This document shows, one piece after another, positions 24,501 through 34,920 of a DNA stretch of 64,000 bases (within the stretch, counting starts at the first letter, position 1; each line of letters starts with the position of its first letter). Both the position numbers and the translations under genes were made by a program. The notes below the pieces were generated by a model. It made no database searches and had not been told where the DNA came from. It saw only the letters and a list, made by a program, of their open reading frames with translations. Source of the stretch: Macrostomum lignano (Eukaryota); the NCBI GenBank assembly GCA_002269645.1, contig NIVC01003567.1:26928-90927 (forward strand), written 5' to 3'.

Positions 24501-27500
24501 AAAATCTCAGTCTAGAAGACACCCAACCCAAAAAATCTCAGTCTAGAAGACACCCAACTCACAAAATCTCAGTCTAGAAGACACCCAACCCACAAAATAT
24601 CAGTCTAGATGACACCCAACCCACAAAATCTCAGTCTAGAAGACACCCAACCCACAAAATCTATCTAGAAGACACCCAACCCACAAAATCTGTCTAGAAG
24701 ACACCCAACTCACAAAATCTCAGTCTAGAAGACACCCAACTCACAAAATCTCAGTCTAGAAGACACCCAACTCACAAAATCTCAGTCTAGAAGACACCCA
24801 ACCCACAAAATCTCAGTCTAGAAGACACCCAACTCACAAAATCTCAGTCTAGAAGACACGCAACCCACAAAATCTCAAGCCACAATTCACAGTCTCACCG
24901 TTGGGAAGGCGGCATTTATAGGGAATCCCCCGCTGGCGGAAGTCTTTACCTCCATTAACGGCGAGATGATCGAGGCGGCCGGAGCAGATGGCGCGAACTT
25001 CTGACCGATTGGCCTGAGCAGAGGCGCCGGTTCGTCGAAATTGTCCAATGAGTTCAAGTAGCTTTGCGACTTCTTAGCGCCCTGCTGCTGCTGCTGCTGC
25101 TGCTGGGCGGCCGCGGGCAGGGCAGCGGCGAAGCCGGGGGCGGAGTCCGGTGTGAGAAGAGACTGGCTGGCCTGCGGATCGGAAAGGTCAAATGAAGGTC
25201 AAATTGCGCTAATAATCAAATGAAAATCAGCCTTGCGCTTTTACTGCCAGTTGGTGCAGGTTAAGCAAGCCTGATGGTGGTTAGTACGACAAGAATGTCG
25301 CAGTGAGTAAGGTAGTTACACTAGAATCTTAAGTGTCAGGGAACAGAGATGGAAATCTCCAACTGTCTACTAGCAGTAGGCTGTACCCAGCTTAGCATAG
25401 CCGGCAAAATCGCTCACCGACTGAGAGGCGGATGCCGACGCGGCAGCAGCAGCCGAGTAGAGCGACGCCGTCTGCGGCTGCGGCGGCTCGTCGTTGAAGT
25501 CGTCCAAAGAGTTCAAATAGTCGCCCCCGCTGCGGCCCACCATCGGCTGGCTGTGGTCCGGGCTGAGCAAGGAAGCCGGCCGGGCAGCGGGCAGGCCGGG
25601 ATCGTAGCCGCCATAGTACACCTGCTGCTGCTCCTCCGCCTCGTCTCCTGGTGGAATCAAAGCTACGGCAGGCTGCAGACTCTGCCTGGCCTGATCAATA
25701 AAACGGGCCACGTTGAACTGGTCATCGCACTGCAGATTCCACAGGTGAAGTTCTTCGTGCCCGTGCGGGAACGGGCACTCCAAGCCGAGCTGACAGCGCT
25801 GCTTGCGGGCGAAGTGCCGGCAGAAATTGGTGAACTCCTGCCTGAAGTAGTCGGGCGGCGACCGGATAAGCTTCCAACCTTCGGAGGCTTTCTCGCGCTG
25901 ACAGACGAACAGGCAGTCCAGCTGGCAGGCGTGGCCGGAGCTGTGGTTGTCCAACATGCAGTAGGCGAACCCGTTCTGCCCGAGCAGCTCGGCCACGCAG
26001 TCCAGACAGCCCAGGCGGTACTGGTGCGTGCTGTCTAGTGGGAACTCCAGCTGATCTGCGTCCGCCTCCGCCTCGTTGCCATAGTCTTTTGAGTCCTTAG
26101 CAACGCTGTACATGGTATCGTAGCTGGCGGTGTCGCTGTAACCATAGAGACCGGATGAACCGCCGAAGGAGGAAGCCTGTATAGGGATTAAACCGATTTG
26201 ATGAACAGCACGACCGGCGTTCTTGGGATTTAAGAGGGTGGCCCAGCAACTGGGGATCTGGGAGGCTGGCCCAGCAACTGACACTCTGGAAGGCTGGCCC
26301 AGCAACTGGGGATCTGGGAGGCTGGCCCAGCAACTGGGGATCTGGGAGGCTGGCCCAGCAACTGAGGATCCGGGAGGCTGGCCCAGCAACTGAGGATCTG
26401 GGAGGCTGGCCCAGCAACTGGGGATCTGGGAGGCTGGCCCAGCAACTGAGGATCTGGGAGGCTGGCAGCCCAGCAACTGACACTCTGGGAGGCTGGCCAA
26501 GCAACTGAGGATCTGGGAGGCTGGCCCAGCAACTGAGAATCTGGGAGGCTGGCCAAGCAACTGAGAATCTGGGAGGCTGGCCCAGCAACTGAGAATCTGG
26601 GAGGCTGGCCCAGCAACTGAGAATCTGGGAGGCTGGCCAAGCAACTGAGGATCTGGGAGGCTGGCCAGGCAACTGAGAATCTGGGAGGCTGGCCCAGCAA
26701 CTGAGGATCTGGGAGGCTGGCCCATCAACTGAGGATCTGGGAGGCTGGCCCATCAACTGAGGATCTGGGAGGCTGGTGGCCCAGCAACTGAGGATCTGGG
26801 AGGCTGGCCAGGCAACTGAGGATCTGGGAGGCTGGCCCAGCAACTGGAGATCTGGGAGGCTGGCCAAGCAACTGAGGATCTGGGAGGCTGGCCCATCAAC
26901 TGAGGATCTGGGAGGCTGGTGGCCCAGCAACTGAGGATCTGGGAGGCTGGCCAGGCAACTGAGGATCTGGGAGGCTGGCCCAGCAACTGGAGATCTGGGA
27001 GGCTGGCCAAGCAACTGAGGATCTGGGAGGCTGGCCCAGCAACTGGGGATCTGGGAGGCTGGCCAGGCAACTGAGGATCTGGGAGGCTGGCCCAGCAACT
27101 GAGGATCTGGGAGGCTGTCCCAGCAACTGAGAATCTGGGAGGCTGGCCCAGCAACTGAGGATCTGGGAGGCTGGCCCAGCAACTGGGGATCTGGGAGGCT
27201 GGTGGCCCAGCAACTGAGGATCTGGGAGGCTGGTGGCCCAGCAACTGAGGATCTGGGAGGCTGGCCCAGCAGCTGGGGATCTGGGAGGCTGGCCAAGCAA
27301 CTGAGGACCTGGGAGGCTGGCCCAGCAGCTGGGGATCTGGGAGGCTGGCCAGGCAACTGAGGATCTGGGAGGCTGGCCCAGCAGCTGGGGATCTGGGAGG
27401 CTGGCGGTGGTGACCCAAGAGAGTGGAATGTATGGATCGAAGCTCCAGACTCACAGGCTGTGCAGAACTGTCTCCGAGTCCAAAGTTCGAAATTCGAGCG

Positions 27501-29971
27501 GCGGCCGCCTGGGCTGGCGGTGGCTTTTTCTGCGGACTTGCCGCCGCCGTGTTGACTTTCAGCTGGTTGACAATGTACTGGATGGTCAATGACCCACGAG
27601 CCTGCAGATTCCACAATTCGCACTCCACATCCGAATGCGGATCCTCGCACTCGTCGCCATGGAAACACTCGCCGAACGTGGCCTGATTTGAGCACAGCTC
27701 GTACACGTAGCTGTAGCCGAGATCGACTTCTTTCGGCATTCGAACCACATACCAGGTGGTTTCTTTTAAGAGGCGGGCAATGAGGCAATCGCGGGAGCAA
27801 GTCTCGCAGGGGGCATCTGCTCGATTGCCATTGTCATCCACGCAGTTGGCGCAGGCCAGGTCGAATGCGAACTTGCTGAGTTCGGCAGCTGAATTGTCCT
27901 GCTGCTGGCAGGAATAATAGCTGGAAGAAGTGGCAGATACTGAGGCAGAGGCGGCAATCGGAGCCGAAGAAGACATCGAGCCGGAAGCATATGCTGGCGC
28001 ATTCGCCGATACGGAAGCAGAAAACTGGGCGCTGTTGCTGCTGTTGCTTTTGCTGGCCTTTGCGTACTGTTGTGTAATGGGTGGTGGCGGCGGTGGTGGA
28101 GGAGGCGGATGCAGCTCAGCAGCGGACTGACTGGTTGGTGGAGCATCAACCGGAGACCTGGTGACCTGGTTGGCGGTCCAGCTGAACAGAGCTCCGATTG
28201 GGGGCAAATGAGGCTGCTGCTGAACAACTTTCGGTGGGATTTCGGCAGTCATTAAAGGCTTGACTGGTGCTGGCTCGGCAGGCTTTCGCTGCTGTTTAGG
28301 CGTTTCGCCATTGTGTTTAGCGATGAACCCGGCAACCGTGAATGCGTCCATATAGTTTTTGTCGAAATTCCACAGCTCTGTTTCAATTTCGGAATGCCCG
28401 AAGGTGCAGTTCTCGCGGCAAGGATAGCCCCCCTTGGATTTGTAGCATCGATAATAATTACCGGTATAACCCGGACGAGCTACCCGTGGTCGAATCAGTT
28501 TCCACAGAGTTTCACCAGGCTCCTTGGCAAACAGCTGGTTTCGTGGACAATTGTGCTTCTGTGGCTTGGTCGCAATTTCATAATCATATATCCGACCATC
28601 GGCAGGCTTCGAACAGTCGGAGCACGCCAAGCAGAGATCCCACTTGGCTAGGAAGGGAAAATCGCCATCCTTGATCAGTTTCAGTGGCTCGGCTGAAGAA
28701 GACTGGCCAGCGGAACCTACGCCGCCGCCGCCACTTTTTTTCCCACCAGCTGGCACAGTCTGCCACGAAGTCTCAGCCAGAGCTTGACGAAACTGCTCAG
28801 TTTCCTGCTCGTGAATTCTTGTGTCTTTCAATTTAACCGATTCTTTCTCAGCAGCAGTTGCCTGCTTGGCAATATTAGCCTTCTCAGACTGTTTTGTCAC
28901 AGCGTTCTGCTCAGACGAATCGCTCGATTTTTGCTTGGAAGACTTCTTCTTTTTCTTATTGCCACTTTGATCCGCTTGCTGCTGCTGCTGCTTTTGGTTT
29001 TCTTTGGCTGCGGCAGCTGCTGCTTTCTTTTCGTTCTCTTTTGCTTGCCGCTCTCTTTCTAATCTCTGCTTCTCCTCTTGCTTTTGTTTTTCCTGCTTTT
29101 GCCTCTCTTTCTCTTGTCTTTGCCGCTCTTCCTGCCGCTCTTTTTCTTGCTTCTGCTTCTCAAGACGCTGCTTCTCCTGCCTCTCCATTTCTAGACGTCT
29201 TGCTTTTTCTTGTTTCTCTTTTTCAAGACGCTGCCTTTCCTTTTCTTGCCTTTCCTTTTCCAGACGCTGCTGCTCCAAACGTTGTTTCTCTTTTTCTTTC
29301 GCTTGTATCTGCTTTTTATAAGCCTCGTCTTTGTCTTTCTTTTGCTGCTGCAATTTAAGTTCCTCGGCAGTGTTGTCTTCCCTAGAAACCGAAGCCTGCT
29401 TGTGCCGGCCATTTGGAGCGGGCACGGCGACTCCGGTGGCTACTCGAACTCCGCCAGTTCCACTCTCAGTTGTTACCCGGACTTTGCGGAGCTCCGAGTC
29501 CGACCAATCCGACAGGGGGTCGTCAATCACGGAATCTTCAACGCTATCGTCATCGGAGCTGTCGCCGCAGCCACCGTAGTGCTCAACAAGATCCTGTGAG
29601 GCGGACTTTGCCGCTTCATGTCTTGAATCTTTGGCGTCATCTTCCTGGCCTGCACGCGACGAAGCCAAGTCCCCCGACTGGTCCGGGCGTCTCTGCTGCT
29701 GCTTACTGAACTCTGCGGCAACATTCACCTCGGGTATGGAGGAGGAGGAGGTGGCCGAATCAGACCGCGCCTCGTGTCGATTGACGCTGCTGTTATAAGG
29801 CTGCGAGGCTGGCGGCGGCGGCGGGCGATATTCGGACAGGAATTCGAGCTCGTTGTCGCTATCCGCCGGTTCCAGAGCTGGCACGGACTCGCCAGTTTGG
29901 CTGCCCATCCAGCCGCTGAGGATTGGAATTAATAAATAGCGGAATAGCATTCTGCACAGGCAGAGCAGCAT
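15595..29971 (-). CDS. ZC3H7/HELZ2-type multi-CCCH zinc-finger protein, ~1450 aa, five modules plus an N-terminal coiled coil; exons complement(27455-29971 [or start 29908], 25418-26176, 24899-25171, 17475-17847, 16518-16957, 15595-15650)
   Basis: Five repeats of LxCxxC...HxC...WxxIR...C-x7-8-C-x3-5-C-x3-H(S/G)xxExxLWN. Splice phases agree except that a 1-nt frameshift near 17500 is needed. Start codon uncertain (acceptor-like site at ~29916). Confidence 0.8.
15705..16425. repeat. Degenerate purine-rich repeat (gggagactgggagatgaa)
   Basis: Fills the last intron of the zinc-finger gene. Confidence 0.85.
17925..18165. repeat. Minisatellite aatccaaatctactaaatctcaccctcag
   Basis: Tandem copies immediately left of the LTR element. 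Confidence 0.9.
18287..18397. repeat. Five-copy 22-bp minisatellite cataacgctgctatgatcttta at the Tc1 left junction
   Basis: Absent from the otherwise identical 3' LTR. Confidence 0.95.
18398..20056 (+). mobile_element. Tc1-family DNA transposon, IR/DR type, 1659 bp, nested in the 5' LTR
   Basis: Ends CAGTTG...CAACTG flanked by TA. About 210-bp imperfect TIRs, each with outer and inner direct repeats gaaaaagtt(a/t)gtgaa(c/g)cc (18407, 18591, 19847, 20030). AATAAA in the right TIR. Confidence 0.97.
18807..19829 (+). CDS. Tc1-like transposase, 340 aa, intact DD34E
   Basis: Paired-like HTH with GRPAK motif; WTDETK, QQDNDPKH and SPDLNIIENLW; 34 residues between the second D and E. Confidence 0.97.
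   Translation: MYRGKELPEHLKQLVVSAHKTGLGYKKIASQLQLSASTVRAVIHKWRRHNTVTSLPRSGRPAKISKRTARRLAQTVDSDPTVTASQLQHQLAQCGIEVHKSTVQKSLNRQGRHGRVARKKPLLSKKHRQARLKFAQQQLQQPDSYWQNVLWTDETKIELFGHISQRYVWRKPNQAFKQSNVLPTVKHGGGSIMLWGCCAASGTGNIVRIHGIMNSVMYQEILAANVRPSVRKLKLGRNWLMQQDNDPKHTSKSTQAWFQNKNVKLMDWPSQSPDLNIIENLWFDLKKAVHARRPRNLDELERFCIEEWEKIPAERCSRLIDSYRNRLRAVIAAKGGVTKY
20179..23970 (+). pseudogene. Single-frame gag-pol of the Gypsy element, interrupted by one in-frame TAA (21664-21666) in RT
   Basis: Two CCHC knuckles, protease VDSGS, RT YQDD, RNase H (CDAS, NIEREALAI, SDHRPL), integrase HHCC plus DDE. Both ORF-track ORFs are in the same frame and read PTLK*ILQK across the stop. Confidence 0.93.
24215..24880. 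repeat. Minisatellite, ~31-bp unit cagtctagaagacacccaacccacaaaatct
   Basis: Tandem copies right of the LTR element. Confidence 0.96.
26240..27405. repeat. Minisatellite cagcaactgaggatctgggaggctggcc (copy B), intron 1 of the zinc-finger gene
   Basis: Tandem copies; same family as 14388-15250. Confidence 0.97.
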
Positions 29972-32900
29972 TTCGCTGCCGAGATTTTGCTTCGAGTCTA
30001 AATAAAACTGATGCTACCAAATGCTTATAAAATGCGGCTTCTTGCCAGCTTGCTAGTCTTCGACACAACCTGACTGGCCAAAAAAGCCAGCCAATTGGCA
30101 TCGGCTCCCTGCTCTCAAACTAAAAGAGGCGGGAGGAGTAATTTTATCTGCTCTTTTTCCATTCTATCGATTTTTTGGAATTCTGTTTTTGGGTGTGGCC
30201 TCGATCATGTCCCCTTATCTGCTTTGGACTGCTTTTATTCTTTTTGGGCAGCCTGCACTGACGATAAACAGCTCAATAATGCAAAGAAATTGAAAGCCTG
30301 CCTTACCAGGACACTGACTGACTGACTGATTAGTAAATGATGCAGGGTGTGCCGCTTGGAACATATGTGGCCCATTCCAAGTCCAATACAGCTGACTAAC
30401 TGGGTAGAAAGTCAACACCCTTGTTTACAAAGGTAAATTTACAGTAAAATGAGCTTAGCATTAGGCATGAGCAGTATCTATCTTCTAAACTTTTAGAAGA
30501 TAGATAGAGAAGATAAATTTTTATGTCAGATCAGATTATGAAAATTGCAGATTTTTCTACCTAATCAAGATGACTGACTATTGCAATAAAGTAAAGCTAG
30601 TAGCCCTGTATACAATAGCCCTAAACAAGGAAATATGAAATATAATGTAACTTTTTAAAAGAAATTGTATCTTTAAGCAATTTTTATAAGACTCACAAAT
30701 TTTTCATTAACTTTTAGTAACTTTTTACATGGTATTACATAGTGTAACAAGGAAACTAGATAAAATAGTATTAAAAAATAGTCAATGGCTTCTAAAAATG
30801 TTCTAAACATTAGTTGTTCCATTTGCTTTTTAATTTCTTAGACTGTTTTTACTCCTTGTTTGCTTACTTGCAGCTCATCTTTAGTTAATTAATTATTTTT
30901 ATTATTATTTAGTTTTTATACTAAAATAACTAGTCAAGCATATATACTTAGCAAAACAGTTTTCTAATTTCTGTTCAGTGGCAACAATGAATAAATAAGT
31001 TATTTTATAAGAATAAAGGCAATTAATTTAAAAAGTTTAGAAGCCTTAGCTAATAGGTGTAATTAACTTACAAATTTGTTTTAACAATAGTATCCATTAG
31101 CTACTGAAAAATGCAACTATACTAGGTCTATTTACCAATATTGGGTTGTATGCTTAGTATAGCTTGCCCCCTCAATTTTTTTATATGCACCTGGTCTCTA
31201 GATTTACATATATTGTAATTGTAAAATTATATATTAGCTGGATAAAATTGAGGTTGCATAATAGCTAATATTGTTTTTTAATAACTAGAAGTCTAGCCTA
31301 GGCTAAAAAACATTGAAATAGTATGCTTGTTCTTTATTGGAATAGGTTTCAAAAATGCATGGACATGCAACACCTATGCAAAAAAATAGCTTGAATGTGT
31401 GACACATGGGACAAAAGTATAAAAAAGCATAGCACACATAACACTAATAATAAGATAATATAAGATAATAATACTACTGTTTATGCTGCTCTTTAGTAAA
31501 ATTATGAAGCATAATATAAAAAATGACAGATAACTAATAAAAAAACTATGGTACTCCTTTGGTTTTGCACATGCCCCATGCTTATAGCACCACCACCCAT
31601 CAACCACGATGCACTGCAACATGCAATGCTACCTTCCATTGCAATGCACTACCTACTATCTTGAATCTGTATGACATAATACCAGAAAATATTTAAAATT
31701 TGAAAGATAACTATTTTTGTTTTTTAACTTATTCCAATAGGGTGCTTATTTAATATACAAACTATTTATCATAGATACTAAATAAACTAGATAGGCTATT
31801 TAGGGTCAGGCATATATACTTGGTAAAAAAGCTTTTTACTTTAGTTTAATAACAAAGAATACAAAGGCTATTTTATAAAAAAGGCAGCAAAAATTGTTAA
31901 TAAATTTACAAGTCTAAGCTTGCAAGCATAAACAATCTTCCTAATTGGTTATCCAATAATATATATTAGCTAGTCTATTAAAATACACATGGCAGTTTTG
32001 GGCTAGAATTCAAATATGCTAAGTGTCCTACCTTCTTTTTGCTATTTAATTTTAGGCCTTGATAGTACAAAATTAAAAGTATATCAGAGTATTAAGTTAG
32101 AATATTAAAGTTTATTAGGCATAGGCTGACAACTTATAATATTGCTAAAGAATTTTTGAAAAATATTTTGTAACAAAAATCTATCTAAAAAACTTAGCAA
32201 GGAAATGCCATTTTAGTCTATTGAACTATGCATTTCAAAGATTATTTTTAATTTTACACCTGTATCTTTGGTTCTAATAGTAAAAATAATATCAAATTCA
32301 ACATTGAAATGCATTGCACATTGCTATATTTTAATATAGAATTTAGTGTAGGATTCAATATGAAATTTTCCATAATAATCTAGTCAAAGCATTAATATAT
32401 TCTAAACAAATTTAACCCTTATATTATTTTTTACATCCTATATACTAATATTCTTAAGCCTATTCAATGTGGAATTCAATGTGGGATTTCCTGTACTAAA
32501 CTCAACTTGAGCTTAGTTGAACTTAGCTTAGTTAAATAGAACTTTATATAAAATACTTAGCAAGGCATGCACCCCAAGATTGAGGCAAAAGGTTGATTAG
32601 CATGCCTAAGAATAGTAGAAGTTGAACTACCTGATTGGACACACTTGCTATTCATAACCAAGTTATATCATTAACTAGATTGGCATGCAGCTCAACAGCT
32701 TAAATAGGCCCTAGTATCTCAGCCATTAAGAGCTTTGCTTTTGCTCTAGTTCTGACTCGACTACATTGAGACCTTGACTAACATTGAGACCACAGTAGAC
32801 TACCTACTCTGAGACTGCACAATGGTCCTAACAAGACTACTTTGGAAAATTCTAGTGTGCACTTGGTTTGGTCAAAAAATGGCCTGCATTGGCATGCATT

Positions 32901-33515
32901 TAGGTATGTAGCCATAATGGCATAGCATGCTATGTTGTGGATTCATAGAATAGCTTGATGGCATAGAATGTGGTATAGCATAGGCTAATCATAGGACCTA
33001 GTGGGGCAGTGACAAGCTTTAGTTGTGGAAATACTTGGATTTAATTTATCCTGTTTGTTTTACTAGAAAAGAAAAGAAAAAAAAGATCCTTTATCATACT
33101 ACATGGTGCTTCCCACAAGGCAAAAAGACTAAAAAATGCCAAAGAAACTATTATCTATATTGCACACTACAACCTAGAGTGCCTCAGGTGTCTAAAACAT
33201 ACTTTTCTTAAATCTCAAGTGCACGTCTTGTCATGATATAGCCAATATAACACTTATACTATTTAAAGTGTCTTACATTCATTGTACCAAGTGTAGAAAT
33301 TCAAGTTTAATTGTTTATAAGACAAAGTACAGTCAATAACTTTAAAGTAAGGGAATAGTTGAACTCAACTCACTACCTCAAATCATGAAAAATGCCACTG
33401 ATTTTGCATATTTTGCACATATGCATATCTTATGTATAATCATAACTACTCAATCAATTTACTGTGATGATGCTTACTCTAGACTTCTTTAAAGTAGTTA
33501 TTTTATACATGGCAG

Positions 33516-33792
33516 TGGCTAGAGTTCCGGCACCGGAACCCATTTTCTAATGGCTACGGATCCGGCAGTGCCATTATAATATAGATGGAACATTATATTT
33601 TTCTTTTTACAGTTGGCTGATATTGAGATTTTGTTCTAGATTAAAATTTAAGACGATATGATAAGATTTGGGAGATGCTTCTAATATTCAGACTTCTTAA
33701 GATATGTTCTTAGCAGTCTTTATATGCTTCTATACAGCACTGCCGGATCCCTAGCTACTAAAAAATGGGTTCCGGTGCCGAAACTCTAGCCA
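33516..33792. mobile_element. MITE-like element with ~60-bp imperfect TIRs (tggctagagttccggcaccggaacccatttt...)
   Basis: Inverted repeats at 33516-33575 and 33735-33792; no clean TSD. Confidence 0.65.
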
Positions 33793-34704
33793 TTACCTTT
33801 ATACATTGCCATTATTTACATTACCAATGTGTACATTGCTGTACTGGCAGCCCATTCTGAAGGTGTTCTGAACCTTCTGATGTCAGAAACCCACCAGATG
33901 CTTGGCAGAACCAGAAAAGACCTGGCACCAGGTCTGAAGAAGAAGCTTCTTAAGGTTTGACTCAAAAGTTTGTATTTGTTACACTACACTACACTATATA
34001 TATTTCCATGGTCTCCCTTTTAGTATGAGTGCATGGTCTCCCTCAGAGCTCACAAACGGAACTCTAATAGATGAGATGACCCTTTATTTAAATGTAGAGA
34101 TATAACAAAGTCAGTTACAAAATCAACACAAAACAATAAAATATGACGAGTTCTGAGTATCAAGTCTTGTTCATAAGTTTATTATCCCACAGACAAAATT
34201 AGCTTTCACTTTTAAAACGTGTCATCGAATTGTCTAAATTTGTCACCAAAATGTCCTAAATTGTCACCGAAAAGGCTGTCACCAAAATGTCTTGTCACTG
34301 AAAATCTGAAATGTCCAGGGACCCTTTGGCTCCCCAACAGGGGGTGTAGATTGCTAGTGTGGAACTAAACTAAAGACAAAGTTGCATAATTGCATTGCAT
34401 TCATTCATATTTTTAGTTTGCCCACTATACTATACTATAGTAGGCCCTACAGTACAGTACAGTTTGAGTTTCTAATTTTTAATAGCAAATATTAATTGGA
34501 TTATAAATATTTACTGTATGTTTAGATTTAGAAAGTTTAATTTTTTGTTACGAAGAAATTTGAAGTTAAAGAGACAAAATATTAAAAAGAAAGTTGCAAT
34601 TCTGCCTAAGAAAGAACTGACAAATAAATATTATTGGCCTAGCCCTGACCCTAGGCCCTAGCCTCGAGAGTCTTGGTTTTTTTGCGCAATAGCCGAAAAG
34701 CCTA

Positions 34705-34920
34705 ACTAACTACTGAATTCACCGGCTGTTGGGTTCACCGGATTTTTAACTTTTTTTAAGGCTTAAAAATATACATAATCAATAGCGCAAGTAAAACTAG
34801 AGATGCGCTTAGATTTTTGGCTCTGCGCGTTGCCCCTGGACATCAGGAGGGCGATTTTTGTTAATTTTTGGGGAGTGAAACCGGCGGTGAACCCAACAGC
34901 CGGTGAATTCAGTAGTTAGT
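34705..34920. mobile_element. MITE, 216 bp, perfect 36-bp TIRs, 9-bp TSD AAAAGCCTA (Mutator-like TSD length)
   Basis: actaactactgaattcaccggctgttgggttcaccg and its exact reverse complement; TSD at 34696-34704 and 34921-34929. Confidence 0.88.

Noticed and set aside
26097-27800. 567-aa ORF and the repeat-derived ends of the 1072-aa and 452-aa ORFs
   Set aside because: Read-through into the intronic minisatellite; good donor (27455) and acceptor (26176) sites remove it in phase.
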